Source: Escherichia coli (lineage in GTDB: Bacteria > Pseudomonadota > Gammaproteobacteria > Enterobacterales > Enterobacteriaceae). Taken from it: a stretch of DNA of 64,000 nucleotides. The position numbers and the translations under genes were made by a program. The stretch lies in NCBI RefSeq assembly GCF_048403405.1, contig NZ_CP183129.1. One strand, 5' to 3'. Below are positions 21,303 through 33,285 of this stretch, in pieces; position 1 is the first letter of the stretch; each line of letters starts with the position of its first letter. The notes beneath the pieces were generated by a model that saw only the letters and a program-made list of their open reading frames with translations, had not been told where the DNA came from and made no database searches.

Positions 21303-22484
21303 TTAGCGAATTTCTTTGTCTCTCCCGGCGCAAAGTCCGAAAATCGCCATCAGTAGTGAAAGTATGGCAACACCCATCAATGGTATGGACCAGTCACCGT
21401 TAGTATCGTGTATTTTACCCATCAGCGGCGGCCCACAGGCTGCCAGCAAATACCCGACGGATTGTGCCATCCCCGAGAGTGCCGCCGCCTGATGCGCAGA
21501 ACTTGCCCGAAGACCAATGAACGTCAACCCCAGTATCATTGTTGCGCCGGAACCAAAACCGAAAAGCAGAGTCCAGGTGATCGCGTGCGCTGGCATAAAG
21601 CAGAGCCCAACCGCGCCCACTGCGCACATCAAGGCAACGAACGCTGCAACACCACGCTGATCTTTCACATGATGTAAGAAAAGTGGGATCAGCAAACCGG
21701 GAGCTGCTGTGGCTAGTTGCAGCAAACCATGCAGTGAACCCGCCTGTGCTTCGCTATAGCCGTGGCTGATGAGGATCGCCGGAAGCCAGCCAATAATCAC
21801 GTAATAGACCAGTGAGTTGATCCCAAGAAACAATGTTACCTGCCAGGCAAGCGGCGAACGCCAGATACCCCGAGTATGTAAGGCGCGTGAGGTACTCAAA
21901 TTTGCATGTTGTTGACTTCGCCACTGTGGCAGCCATAAAAAAAGAGCCAGCAGAGGAAAAGACATCAGCATGAGCAACGCGCCTTGCCAGCCAAAACCGT
22001 TCAAAGCCAGCGGCACGACCATAGCCGATCCCAGTGCCGCTGCAGCTCCCATTGTCAGGGAATATGCGCCGGTAAGTCTGGCGACGGAATGAGGGAAATC
22101 GCGTTTAATTAATCCTGGCAGTAAGACATTGCCTAATGCAATCCCACCGCCAATGACCGCTGTACCGCCAAATAAGAAGTAAGGCGAAGGGAGAGAGCGA
22201 ATTGCGATGCCAGCACAGATCAAAAGTAACGCGGCAAACAGGCTACGTTCCATACCAAAACGTCGCGCCACCGGGGCAGCCAGAGGTGAGATTAGCGCAA
22301 AGGCTAATAATGGCAGGGTGGTCAATAAGCCGGTTTGCGCCGTCGTCAGCGAGTAAGCGGAACGAATCGTATCCAGTAACGGTGCTGCGCCGGTAAAGGT
22401 GACGCGTAATGTTGTGGCAATCATTAAAATGCCAGCGATAAGGACAATCCTGTTTTTGCCGCTTAATGAAGTTGAACAGGTCAT
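21303..22484 (-). CDS. nimT: MFS transporter (CynX/NimT type), known as yeaN
   Basis: 393-aa ORF with 12 TM helices; divergent from the AraC-family regulator gene. Confidence 0.88.
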   Translation of the reverse strand: MTCSTSLSGKNRIVLIAGILMIATTLRVTFTGAAPLLDTIRSAYSLTTAQTGLLTTLPLLAFALISPLAAPVARRFGMERSLFAALLLICAGIAIRSLPSPYFLFGGTAVIGGGIALGNVLLPGLIKRDFPHSVARLTGAYSLTMGAAAALGSAMVVPLALNGFGWQGALLMLMSFPLLALFLWLPQWRSQQHANLSTSRALHTRGIWRSPLAWQVTLFLGINSLVYYVIIGWLPAILISHGYSEAQAGSLHGLLQLATAAPGLLIPLFLHHVKDQRGVAAFVALMCAVGAVGLCFMPAHAITWTLLFGFGSGATMILGLTFIGLRASSAHQAAALSGMAQSVGYLLAACGPPLMGKIHDTNGDWSIPLMGVAILSLLMAIFGLCAGRDKEIR

Positions 22485-22580
22485 ATGCTTCTCATTGTTA
22501 CAAACGAGGCTGTACCTTACCGTTTTTATTGTTATGTTGAATCAAGCTAAAATGACAAATTATCGCTAAATTCGGACAAA

Positions 22581-23402
22581 ATGATGCACAGGTTGAATCT
22601 CAATGGCTATGAACCCGACCGACACCATGAAGCCGCGGTCGCATTTTGTATTCACGCCGGAACGGATGAGTTAACCAGTCCTGTACATCAGCACCGCAAA
22701 GGACAGCTGATACTGGCGCTACATGGTGCAATTACCTGTACGGTGGAAAATGCTTTGTGGATGGTGCCACCGCAATATGCGGTTTGGATACCGGGCGGAG
22801 TGGAACATAGCAATCAAGTGACAGCTAACGCTGAACTCTGTTTTCTGTTTATCGAACCCAGCGCAGTGACAATGCCGACAACCTGTTGCACATTGAAAAT
22901 ATCGCCCTTATGCCGGGAATTAATTTTAACCCTGGCAAACAGGACGTCGACTCAGCGTGCTGAGCCGATGACCCGCAGATTAATTCAGGTCCTGTTTGAT
23001 GAACTCCCTCAGCAGCCACAACAACAGCTGCACCTACCCGTTTCTTCTCATCCTAAAATTCGCGCGATGGTGGAGATGATGGCGAAAGAGCCCGTCGAGT
23101 GGGGGTCATTGGGGCAATGGGCTCGCTTTTTTGCGATGAGTGAACGCAATCTTGCCCGACTGATAGTGAAAGAGACGGGGTTGAGTTTTCGCCAGTGGCG
23201 TCAGCAGTTACAGCTGATTATGGCGCTTCAGGGATTAGTGAAAGGCGATACTGTACAGAAAGTTGCTCATACGCTGGGGTATGATTCAACAACGGCCTTT
23301 ATTACTATGTTTAAGAAAGGCCTGGGGCAAACGCCAGGCCGATATATTGCGGGATTAACTACTGTTTCCCCACAATCAGCGAAACCAGACCCGCGGCAAT
23401 AA
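22581..23402 (+). CDS. nimR: AraC-family transcriptional regulator, known as yeaM
   Basis: 273-aa ORF; cupin-like N-terminus and C-terminal AraC HTH region. Confidence 0.88.
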
Positions 23403-23805
23403 GCGGGCCAACCGGTACGCCGCGAAACAGCGCCACGCCCAAAACAGTGCCCACCAGCAGCCCGGCGACCAGTTGCGGCTGGCTGCCCATTAACGTCACG
23501 CCGCGCCCACCTAGCCAGGAGACAATAACGCCTACTGCAATTGCCACCAGCGATTTCCAGTTCAGAAACGAGTGAATCAGGGTTGAGGGCGGTAGCGTCC
23601 CGCTGGCGATGGGGGCCATAACGCCAATCGTCAGAATGATTATCCCGATACTTAGCCCCTGTTTTTCAATCCACGGGAAAAAGGTGCTTAACGGTGTGAC
23701 GCGGACAATGATTAACACCAGAATTGAAACGGCGACAGTGGTGTTATGACTGATAAAGCCCAGCGCAGCTAACCCGAGCAGGATCAGCAAAGTGACATCA
23801 AACAT
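23359..23805 (-). CDS. yeaL: UPF0756 inner-membrane protein
   Basis: 148-aa hydrophobic ORF; convergent 3' overlap of 44 bp with nimR. Confidence 0.88.
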
Positions 23806-23974
23806 CGTGGTTTCCTTGCCAAAAAATAATAAGCCTGCTTACTTTACGCTTGCTGCAGGAAGGAAGTAGAAAATCTTTACGTTTTTTGCATAAAAAATCA
23901 GGCGAACTGTCATCAAACTGCAATTTGTGCACGCTAACAATAACGTGAAAACAGCTATCTCCCGGGGGCATACT

Positions 23975-24079
23975 ATGAACGATCAAATGTTCGTCGAGAC
24001 ACTGATTATCACGTCATCGTTTTTTGCCATTGCTGTTGTGCTGGTTTTGTCCGTTCTTCTTATCGAACGGACAGGCTAG
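23975..24079 (+). CDS. yoaI: small membrane protein (34 aa)
   Basis: ATG at 23975: [34 protein letters not shown]; below ORF-track cutoff. Confidence 0.7.
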   Translation: MNDQMFVETLIITSSFFAIAVVLVLSVLLIERTG

Positions 24080-24583
24080 TTACGCAGTGCGGCGGAAATT
24101 GACCAGTTCTGGTTGCGCAATGCGCAAATAATCCGCGGTTTTCAAAATAACGGATTTATCCAGCATGCCTGCATTGAAGGCGATTTCATCAAATCGTTCG
24201 AAGAGTAGGGGATCGGCAACCAGTTTGAGTTTTGGATGGAAGCTGAAAGGGGGGATCGCGCCGAAGACACAGCCTGTGAGTTCATCGACTTCCGCCGGGC
24301 TGGCCAACGAAGCGCGTAATCCGCCTATATGGCTGGCGAGTTGGCTCAGATCGGCCTGTTGATCGGCAGCGAGGATCGCCAGAACATGTTGATTTACACC
24401 ATTGCCTTTGACTTTACATACCAGTGCCTTAGCCCCCTGGCCTAAAGCGGTGCCACGAATTTCTGACACCGCTTCACATTTACCTACCGCTTCATGGGTA
24501 ACGACGCGGAAGTCAGCACCTTCTTGTGATAATAAAGCGATTAACCGCTGATGCGTCATGCTTCCTTTAGCCATTTCAGTCAT
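24080..24583 (-). CDS. yeaK: YbaK/ProX-family aminoacyl-tRNA deacylase
   Basis: 167-aa ORF MTEMAKGSMTHQRLIALLSQEGADFRVVTHEAVGKCEAV…. Confidence 0.88.
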   Translation of the reverse strand: MTEMAKGSMTHQRLIALLSQEGADFRVVTHEAVGKCEAVSEIRGTALGQGAKALVCKVKGNGVNQHVLAILAADQQADLSQLASHIGGLRASLASPAEVDELTGCVFGAIPPFSFHPKLKLVADPLLFERFDEIAFNAGMLDKSVILKTADYLRIAQPELVNFRRTA

Positions 24584-24625
24584 TTCATGCTCCTGAGATT
24601 ACAAGCAAACAACCACAGAAGGTTA

Positions 24626-25976
24626 TCATGAACGGCTGTTTTTGTTCTGCTTATTGACATATAAACGCTCATCGGAAGCTTTATACGCATCATGTAACGT
24701 ATCGTTTTCTTTCATCGCGTAAATACCGGAAGAGAAGCCGATCTCTTTCTGCGGCGCGATATGTTGCAGACGTTTTTCGATACGTTCAGGCAGTTGTGCT
24801 GCAATTTGCGGCGTCGAATCGACTAGAATGATGCAGAATTCATCGCCACCGAGTCGGATGGCATAATCACTTTTACGAATCGACTGTTTAATCGCCTGAG
24901 CTAATAACGTAATCGCTAAATCCCCCTCCTGATGACCGAGGGTGTCATTTATTTGCTTTAACTTGTCCATGTCAATTGCAATAAACATCACCGAAGAACC
25001 GGATTGCACCAGTTTTTGCAACCGCTGCTCCAGTTCAGGGGTTAAAATTTTGCGATTATACAGTCCTGTCATCGCATCACTAATATTTTCTCGCGACACA
25101 TTTTGGTATAAACGGAAGTGCATCCGCACCATATTCAGCAAAATTAACGCCGTCAAAATCCAGAACAGAACGCTTTTCCACGAAGACGTGATAAAGTAAA
25201 GAATATCAATGGATAACGAGACACGAATGCCGCCCGGTAAGTCATGGACGTAACTGACATACTGGAACAGATTATCTTCGCTCTGGTTGATGATAATGTC
25301 GCGCCCCGAATCGGTATCGGTTAGCGTGACATTGAGAAAACGCCAGAGGAGAGGGCGGTCATGAGTGTAAAAGATATTCCGCAGATTGTTTTTGTTAATA
25401 TCCAGCAGCACAATCCCTTTTAGCTGCCCTGCGACATATACCGGCGTCAGCAAACTCATCACGTTCTGTTTAGTACGCTGATCCTGGTAAATGCTCGATA
25501 AAACGGTACGCCCGGTAAATACCTTTTCAATATCTTTGCGATCGATGCCAATACTTCCTGACTGCAGGAAAGACCAGTTATTCATCGCAAAGTACTCAAC
25601 ATTAACCGGCTCATAAAAATAGACATAGCGGTCATTGAGATCGAGATAATAGTGAAATTTCTCGTCGGCCATCCCAAGACCTGAACCGTAATCATCCTGG
25701 TGGCGGTTGCCTTCCACTGCCTGATCAAAAGCGGGTAATAGTGCTGCAGCTTCCACAATTGTGTCGCAGTCAGTGGATGCGGTTTGTAGTGTGCCGCGTA
25801 AGCCAGGGTATTTATGGGCAGTCAGGTTTAAGCCATGGGTATTATTTGCAGACTCAAAAGCCTCGCAGATGGTGCGCCGCTGTTCTGGCGACAAGTTCAA
25901 AAATAAGGAAGGAAGATGTCAGCACAATGACACTTGCGGCGATAAAATGCCGGAGCATTCTATGGTGCAATTTCAT
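24626..25976 (-). pseudogene. dgcJ: diguanylate cyclase DgcJ, N-terminal segment out of frame with the body
   Basis: ATG at 25976 encodes the TM N-terminus MKLHHRMLRHFIAASVIVLTSSFLIFELV…, which stops at 25854; the 424-aa body (…RxxD I-site RKSD, GGDEF RLGGDEFCIIL) is in the +1 frame from 25900. Confidence 0.75.
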
Positions 25977-26156
25977 GATAAATGGCACTCCTTCGGTTAG
26001 TGAAACGAGAAAACCAGATAAAGTTCGATTGCGGCCTGGCACAGGGGCGCTAATTATACTCATCTCTGCGCCGCTGGGGAGGGGAAATTTAGGGGTAATA
26101 GTAATAAATTGTATGCAAAAGCCACGCAAAAAGCATGGCTCTGAATATTTTTGCAC

Positions 26157-27632
26157 TTAAATATGATGAATAATCACTTTGTTGCCCCCCTCGCTTTTCG
26201 CTTCGCGTAAGGCTTTATCTGCTTCCGTCATGACAAGCGAGATATTACGTGTGTCACCCGTTGAAAAAACCGTGCCAATACTGATGGTCATTTGCTCAGG
26301 AACATCATATCTGTTACTAAAGCCGGTCAGGAGTTCGACATTTTTACGCATACGTTCCGCAATGATTTTTGCCTGGGCACTATTGAGTTCGGTAAATAGC
26401 AAGCCAAACACCTCACCCTCCAGTCGCGCTAAAATATCATCGGGGCGGATGCTTTGCTGGATAATATCGACAATTGAAACCAGCACTTTATCACCCACAC
26501 GATGTCCCCATTGGGCATTGATGCGTTTGAACTGATTAATATCAACCAGCATGACACAGAAGTCCTTAACAACAGGTCGCGACAATAATGACTCTACGCT
26601 GTTGAAAAAGTAGCGCCGATTATAAATATTGGTCAGCACATCATGAACTGCCAGTTTGCTGGAGAGTTGCAGTTCCTGAAAAATGTTATAAATCAGAAAA
26701 GACACAACAAACAGTTTACTGGAGACTTCAATCCCGCGACTGATATACCAGATGGTGTAATTATACTCATCCAGAGTTAGTAGAAGTAAGTTGCAGCATA
26801 GCGATGCCAGACATAATAATGCTATTAACGGCCATAGTTCGCTGGCTAATCGTGTACGCATGATAATAAAGAACAGTAAAAATGCCCACAGACAAACCAA
26901 TGTTTTTGTATAGTTGATTCCCCAGGTCGCAGTATGGTTGTCCGGACAGTAATCGACGACATACAAAGAATAGTCAGCGTTATAACTGCTCAGATTGTGT
27001 GCCAGAAGGGGAAAAACTAAAAAAGGAATCAGCGCCAGTAACAGAATGCCAGTTTTTTTCTTATTGTTGTCAAGGATGTTGTCTTTCCCATAACAAAAGA
27101 GCGCCAGCGAGGTTAAACAAATGAAACTGAGTTGGCGGAAAATATAGAAAATAGAAACATCATTCGACTTTGTCTGGATCAGTGTACTGCCGTTGATTGG
27201 TTTATGGATAATTACAATGGTTTCAACTAAATAGATAAGGCCACTTAAAAATGCAAGGCTTAAAATGAGTGTTGGTAAAATTTGTTTGTTAGTGAAATAC
27301 TTCATTAACATGAAAAGAAAAATGACGGCGTTAAGGAAAAACAAAGCCACAACAACCATCAGGTAATTCATCTGTGGGATGAGTTTTACATTCGTGTTTT
27401 CGTTATATAAGGTAGTAATGCAAAATAAAATTAACGTCAGCAATAAGCTGAAAATAAAAAAGCCTTGAGCTTTTAATTTTTGTGTACCCATAGAAGCCAT
27501 AAAAAGGAGAGCAATGTGAGTGCTGGATTTTATTGATGGCAGAGATATATAGTTTTGACCAGGATCAATTTTCGTTAACGATAAAAAATATTTAAAGAAT
27601 AACCCCAGGGAAACACGTGTTGACCGAATCAT
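26157..27632 (-). CDS. cdgI: degenerate GGDEF-domain membrane protein (c-di-GMP binding)
   Basis: 491-aa ORF (yeaI); multiple N-terminal TM helices; GGDEF replaced by EGEVF with RxxD (RPDD) retained; strongly AT-rich coding sequence. Confidence 0.88.
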   Translation of the reverse strand: MIRSTRVSLGLFFKYFLSLTKIDPGQNYISLPSIKSSTHIALLFMASMGTQKLKAQGFFIFSLLLTLILFCITTLYNENTNVKLIPQMNYLMVVVALFFLNAVIFLFMLMKYFTNKQILPTLILSLAFLSGLIYLVETIVIIHKPINGSTLIQTKSNDVSIFYIFRQLSFICLTSLALFCYGKDNILDNNKKKTGILLLALIPFLVFPLLAHNLSSYNADYSLYVVDYCPDNHTATWGINYTKTLVCLWAFLLFFIIMRTRLASELWPLIALLCLASLCCNLLLLTLDEYNYTIWYISRGIEVSSKLFVVSFLIYNIFQELQLSSKLAVHDVLTNIYNRRYFFNSVESLLSRPVVKDFCVMLVDINQFKRINAQWGHRVGDKVLVSIVDIIQQSIRPDDILARLEGEVFGLLFTELNSAQAKIIAERMRKNVELLTGFSNRYDVPEQMTISIGTVFSTGDTRNISLVMTEADKALREAKSEGGNKVIIHHI

Positions 27633-27741
27633 TTTTCCGAATGATTGTTTTCTGGAACTAAATTGTGTAAAGGTTATGCTGTCATATTTAAAGCGATTGT
27701 AAGCTAATGTATGTAATAAATGAGATAATTTACAGTGAGCT

Positions 27742-27774
27742 AAAAATCAGCCAGGCGATAATGACCCGGCTGAT
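27742..27774 (-). terminator. intrinsic terminator downstream of yeaH
   Basis: Stem ATCAGCC / GGCTGAT with A5 on the plus side (U-tract on minus), 5 bp past the yeaH stop. Confidence 0.65.
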
Positions 27775-27778
27775 AGTT

Positions 27779-29074
<1,296 letters not shown>

Positions 29075-29174
29075 CTACATTTGCCAACTGTATGCTACGC
29101 CTGTGTTGCCGCTTCTCTGGCCCACGGTTCGCTGTCGTTGTAGGCCCGGTAGCATGTGTACCGGGCCAGGGTTG

Positions 29175-31109
29175 TTAAGACGATTTACGTACGCGCAAAT
29201 ACCATTCGCACAGTAAACGCACCTGTTTACGGGTGTAGCCTTTTTCCATCATACGGTCGACAAAATCGTCGTGTTTCTTTTGCTCGTCGGTTGACGTTTT
29301 GGCGTTAAACGAAATAACCGGCAACAGCTCCTCGGTATTGGAGAACATTTTCTTCTCAATAACCGTGCGCAGTTTTTCATAGCTGGTCCAGTTCGGATTG
29401 CGTCCGCTGTTATTCGCTCTGGCGCGCAGTACGAAGTTAACAATCTCGTTGCGGAAATCTTTTGGATTACTGATCCCCGCCGGTTTCTCGATTTTCTCCA
29501 GCTCGGCGTTAAGAGACTCGCGATCAAACAGCTGCCCGGTATCCGGATCGCGATACTCCTGATCCTGAATCCAGAAATCCGCGTAGGTAACATAACGGTC
29601 GAAAATGTTTTGCCCATATTCGGAATAGGATTCAAGGTAGGCCGTCTGGATCTCTTTGCCGATAAACTCGGCATATTTCGGGATCAGATAACCTTTCAGG
29701 AACTCCAGATAGCGTTCTGCCTGCTCTTGCGGGAACTGCTCGCGCTCGATCTGCTGTTCCAGGACGTAGAACAGATGGACCGGGTTTGCCGCCACTTCTA
29801 CATGATCGAAGTTGAACACGCGGGAGAGGATCTTAAACGCAAAACGCGTCGACAGACCGTTCATCCCTTCATCGACACCGGCGTAGTCACGATATTCCTG
29901 ATACGACTTGGCTTTGGGATCTGTGTCTTTCAGACTTTCGCCATCATAAACCCGCATCTTTGAATAAATGCTGGAGTTTTCTGGCTCTTTAAGGCGCGAA
30001 AGAATGGAAAAACGTGACAGCGTTTCCAGCGTGCCAGGGGCGCAGGGGGCGTGAGTCAATTCACTGTGATTAAGCAATTTCTCGTAGATTTTGATCTCTT
30101 CGGAAATGCGCAAGCAATACGGCACCTTCACGATGTAAACACGATCAAGGAAGGCTTCGTTGTTTTTGTTATTACGGAAAGTGACCCATTCGGATTCGTT
30201 CGAGTGGGCGAGAATAATCCCGTTGAACGGCAGGGCGGAGATACCTTCCGTCCCGTTGTAGTTACCTTCCTGAGTGGCGGTTAGCAAGGGATGCAGCACT
30301 TTAATCGGTGCTTTAAACATCTCAACGAATTCCATGATCCCCTGGTTGGCGCGGCACAGTGCACCGGAATAGCCGTAGGCGTCCGGGTCATTCTGCGCGT
30401 AGTGTTCGAGTTTACGAATATCGACTTTCCCAACCAGCGCGGAGATGTCCTGGTTGTTCTCATCACCGGGTTCCGTTTTGGCGATAGCAATTTGTTGCAG
30501 AATTGACGGCCAGACCTTCACTACCCGGAACTTAGTGATATCGCCACCAAATTCATGCAGGCGTTTTGCCGCCCACGGCGACATGATGGTGCCGAGATAA
30601 CGGCGAGGAATGCCATACTCTTTTTCCAGAATCTGCGCATCTTCCTGCGGATTGAAAAGACAGAACGGATGATCGTTGACCGGGCTACGCTCACCGTTGG
30701 CGCTCAATACATAAATCGGTACGAGCTGCATTAATGATTTCAGTCGCTCAGCAAGCGATGATTTACCCCCACCCACAGGCCCCAGCAGATACAGGATTTG
30801 TTTCTTCTCTTCCAGCCCCTGAGCCGCGTGTTTCAGATAAGAGACAATCTGTTCAATCGCGTCTTCCATGCCGTAAAACTCTTCAAACGCCGGATAACGT
30901 GCAATGACCCGGTTAGAAAAGAGTCGAGAAAGTCTGGGTTCCTGGGCTGTATCGACCATGACAGGCTCACCGATAGCCATCAATAGCCGCTCAGCCGCGT
31001 TGGCATAAGCACTGCGATCTTGCCGACAAGTGGTAAGAAACTCCTGCAGTGTGAACTCTTCGTCCTTGGCAGCTTCATATCGCTGGCGATAGTGATCGAA
31101 TATATTCAT
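29175..31109 (-). CDS. yeaG: PrkA-family serine protein kinase
   Basis: 644-aa ORF; Walker A LLGPVGGGKSSLAERLK. Confidence 0.93.
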   Translation of the reverse strand: MNIFDHYRQRYEAAKDEEFTLQEFLTTCRQDRSAYANAAERLLMAIGEPVMVDTAQEPRLSRLFSNRVIARYPAFEEFYGMEDAIEQIVSYLKHAAQGLEEKKQILYLLGPVGGGKSSLAERLKSLMQLVPIYVLSANGERSPVNDHPFCLFNPQEDAQILEKEYGIPRRYLGTIMSPWAAKRLHEFGGDITKFRVVKVWPSILQQIAIAKTEPGDENNQDISALVGKVDIRKLEHYAQNDPDAYGYSGALCRANQGIMEFVEMFKAPIKVLHPLLTATQEGNYNGTEGISALPFNGIILAHSNESEWVTFRNNKNNEAFLDRVYIVKVPYCLRISEEIKIYEKLLNHSELTHAPCAPGTLETLSRFSILSRLKEPENSSIYSKMRVYDGESLKDTDPKAKSYQEYRDYAGVDEGMNGLSTRFAFKILSRVFNFDHVEVAANPVHLFYVLEQQIEREQFPQEQAERYLEFLKGYLIPKYAEFIGKEIQTAYLESYSEYGQNIFDRYVTYADFWIQDQEYRDPDTGQLFDRESLNAELEKIEKPAGISNPKDFRNEIVNFVLRARANNSGRNPNWTSYEKLRTVIEKKMFSNTEELLPVISFNAKTSTDEQKKHDDFVDRMMEKGYTRKQVRLLCEWYLRVRKSS

Positions 31110-31544
31110 GGTATGCCGTCCTTTCGTTTTTTAGCACAGGTTAAGAGCCGTTCATATGAATAGTAGAGGCTCCCGGAAGAGGTAAACTGAACGACGTCTC
31201 TTGCTAAAACACAGCAACTCTCATGCCATTTTATCGACGATGAGAACAACGTGCCCGGTGATACACCTTCAAAATTAAGCGTAGATGGCAAATGGAAAAC
31301 TTGCCTGCACGGCTTTCTTAATTTCAATGGCATATCAACAACTCATCCATAAATTTTGCATAATTAATGTAAAGACCAGGGTCGCCAGTAACGCTAAATT
31401 CATTTGGCTGTAAGCGCGGTGTCATCCGCGTCAGGAAAATTAAACAGTTACTTTAAAAAATGAAAACGTAAAAAGGTTGGGTTTCGATGTATTGACGGGT
31501 AAACTTTGTCGCCCGCTAAACATTTGTTTAAGGAATGATTAATT

Positions 31545-32291
31545 GTGACCAAACTCAAACTTCTGGCACTTGGAGTGCTTATCGCAACGTCTGCAGGCGT
31601 AGCGCACGCTGAAGGTAAATTTTCCCTGGGCGCAGGCGTAGGTGTCGTTGAACACCCATATAAAGATTACGATACCGATGTTTACCCAGTACCGGTAATC
31701 AACTATGAAGGCGATAACTTCTGGTTCCGTGGCTTAGGTGGTGGTTACTACCTGTGGAATGACGCAACGGACAAACTTTCAATTACCGCTTACTGGTCGC
31801 CGCTTTACTTCAAAGCGAAAGACAGTGGCGATCACCAAATGCGTCACCTGGATGACCGTAAGAGCACCATGATGGCTGGTCTGTCTTATGCTCACTTTAC
31901 CCAGTACGGTTACCTGCGTACCACCCTGGCTGGCGATACCCTGGATAACAGCAACGGCATTGTCTGGGATATGGCCTGGTTGTATCGTTACACCAACGGC
32001 GGCCTGACCGTGACTCCGGGTATTGGTGTGCAGTGGAACAGCGAAAACCAGAACGAATACTATTATGGCGTATCGCGCAAAGAGTCCGCTCGCAGCGGTC
32101 TGCGTGGCTATAACCCGAACGACAGCTGGAGCCCTTACCTGGAGCTGAGCGCCAGCTACAACTTCCTCGGCGACTGGAGTGTTTACGGTACCGCGCGCTA
32201 CACCCGTCTGTCTGATGAAGTTACTGACAGCCCGATGGTGGATAAATCCTGGACTGGCCTGATTTCTACCGGGATCACCTACAAATTCTGA
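31545..32291 (+). CDS. mipA: MltA-interacting outer-membrane scaffold protein
   Basis: 248-aa ORF, GTG start after AAGGAA; signal peptide and C-terminal aromatic residue typical of beta-barrel proteins. Confidence 0.9.
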   Translation: MTKLKLLALGVLIATSAGVAHAEGKFSLGAGVGVVEHPYKDYDTDVYPVPVINYEGDNFWFRGLGGGYYLWNDATDKLSITAYWSPLYFKAKDSGDHQMRHLDDRKSTMMAGLSYAHFTQYGYLRTTLAGDTLDNSNGIVWDMAWLYRYTNGGLTVTPGIGVQWNSENQNEYYYGVSRKESARSGLRGYNPNDSWSPYLELSASYNFLGDWSVYGTARYTRLSDEVTDSPMVDKSWTGLISTGITYKF

Positions 32292-32321
32292 TAATGCATC
32301 TTTCCAGGGCATTTTGTGCAT

Positions 32322-32348
32322 AAAAACAGGGCGTCACGCCCTGTTTTG
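32322..32348 (+). terminator. intrinsic terminator of mipA
   Basis: Stem AAACAGGGCG / CGCCCTGTTT with loop TCA, followed by a T-run. Confidence 0.8.
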
Positions 32349-32380
32349 CATTACGGTGGTGCAATACCTGGGAGGAAACA

Positions 32381-33235
32381 ATGCAACAAAAAATGATTCA
32401 ATTTAGTGGCGATGTCTCACTGCCAGCCATAGGGCAGGGAACATGGTATATGGGCGAAGATGCCAGTCAGCGCAAAACAGAAGTAGCTGCACTACGCGCG
32501 GGCATTGAACTCGGTTTAACCCTCATTGATACCGCCGAAATGTATGCCGATGGTGGTGCCGAAAAGGTGGTTGGGGAAGCATTAACCGGTCTGCGAGAGA
32601 AGGTCTTTCTCGTCTCTAAAGTCTATCCGTGGAATGCTGGCGGGCAAAAAGCGATAAATGCATGCGAAGCCAGTTTACGCCGTCTCAATACTGATTATCT
32701 CGATCTCTACTTATTACACTGGTCTGGCAGTTTCGCTCTCGAAGAGACTGTCGCAGCGATGGACAAATTGGTCGCCCAGGGCAAAATCCGCCGCTGGGGC
32801 GTTTCTAACCTTGATTATGCCGATATGCAGGAACTCTGGCAGCTGCCGGGGGGAAATCAGTGTGCCACTAATCAGGTACTTTACCATCTCGGTTCACGAG
32901 GGATTGAGTACGATCTACTTCCCTGGTGCCAGCAACAGCAGATACCGGTGATGGCTTACAGTCCGTTAGCTCAGGCCGGGCGGTTGCGCAATGGGCTGCT
33001 AAAAAACGCAGTAGTCAACGAAATTGCACATGCTCACAATATCAGCTCGGCACAAGTATTGTTGGCGTGGGTAATCAGCCATCAGGGTGTGATGGCGATT
33101 CCAAAAGCGGCCACGATTGCCCATGTCCAACAGAATGCGGCTGTGCTTGAGGTCGAACTTTCTCCAGCGGAATTAGCTATGCTGGATAAAGCGTATCCGG
33201 CACCAAAAGGAAAAACTGCGCTGGATATGGTGTGA
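32381..33235 (+). CDS. yeaE: aldo-keto reductase
   Basis: 284-aa ORF, AKR family (…IDTAEMYADGGAEKVVGEAL…). Confidence 0.9.
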   Translation: MQQKMIQFSGDVSLPAIGQGTWYMGEDASQRKTEVAALRAGIELGLTLIDTAEMYADGGAEKVVGEALTGLREKVFLVSKVYPWNAGGQKAINACEASLRRLNTDYLDLYLLHWSGSFALEETVAAMDKLVAQGKIRRWGVSNLDYADMQELWQLPGGNQCATNQVLYHLGSRGIEYDLLPWCQQQQIPVMAYSPLAQAGRLRNGLLKNAVVNEIAHAHNISSAQVLLAWVISHQGVMAIPKAATIAHVQQNAAVLEVELSPAELAMLDKAYPAPKGKTALDMV

Positions 33236-33254
33236 TGTTGATACGTGCCGGATG

Positions 33255-33279
33255 CATCGCACCCGGCACACAACATTAA
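33255..33279. repeat. REP-like palindrome between convergent yeaE and yeaD
   Basis: GTGCCGGATGCATCGCACCCGGCAC: 7-bp arms GTGCCGG / CCGGCAC. Confidence 0.5.
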
Positions 33280-33285
33280 CGCAAA

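Noticed and set aside
25741-26160. 139-aa plus-strand ORF spanning the dgcJ-cdgI junction
   Set aside because: Antisense to the dgcJ N-terminus and its promoter region; no ribosome-binding site or recognisable domain.
31235-31270. Possible sigma-54 promoter upstream of yeaG (GGGCACG-N4-TCTCA on the minus strand)
   Set aside because: The -12 element lacks the conserved GC dinucleotide; the match is too weak to call without a scoring matrix.
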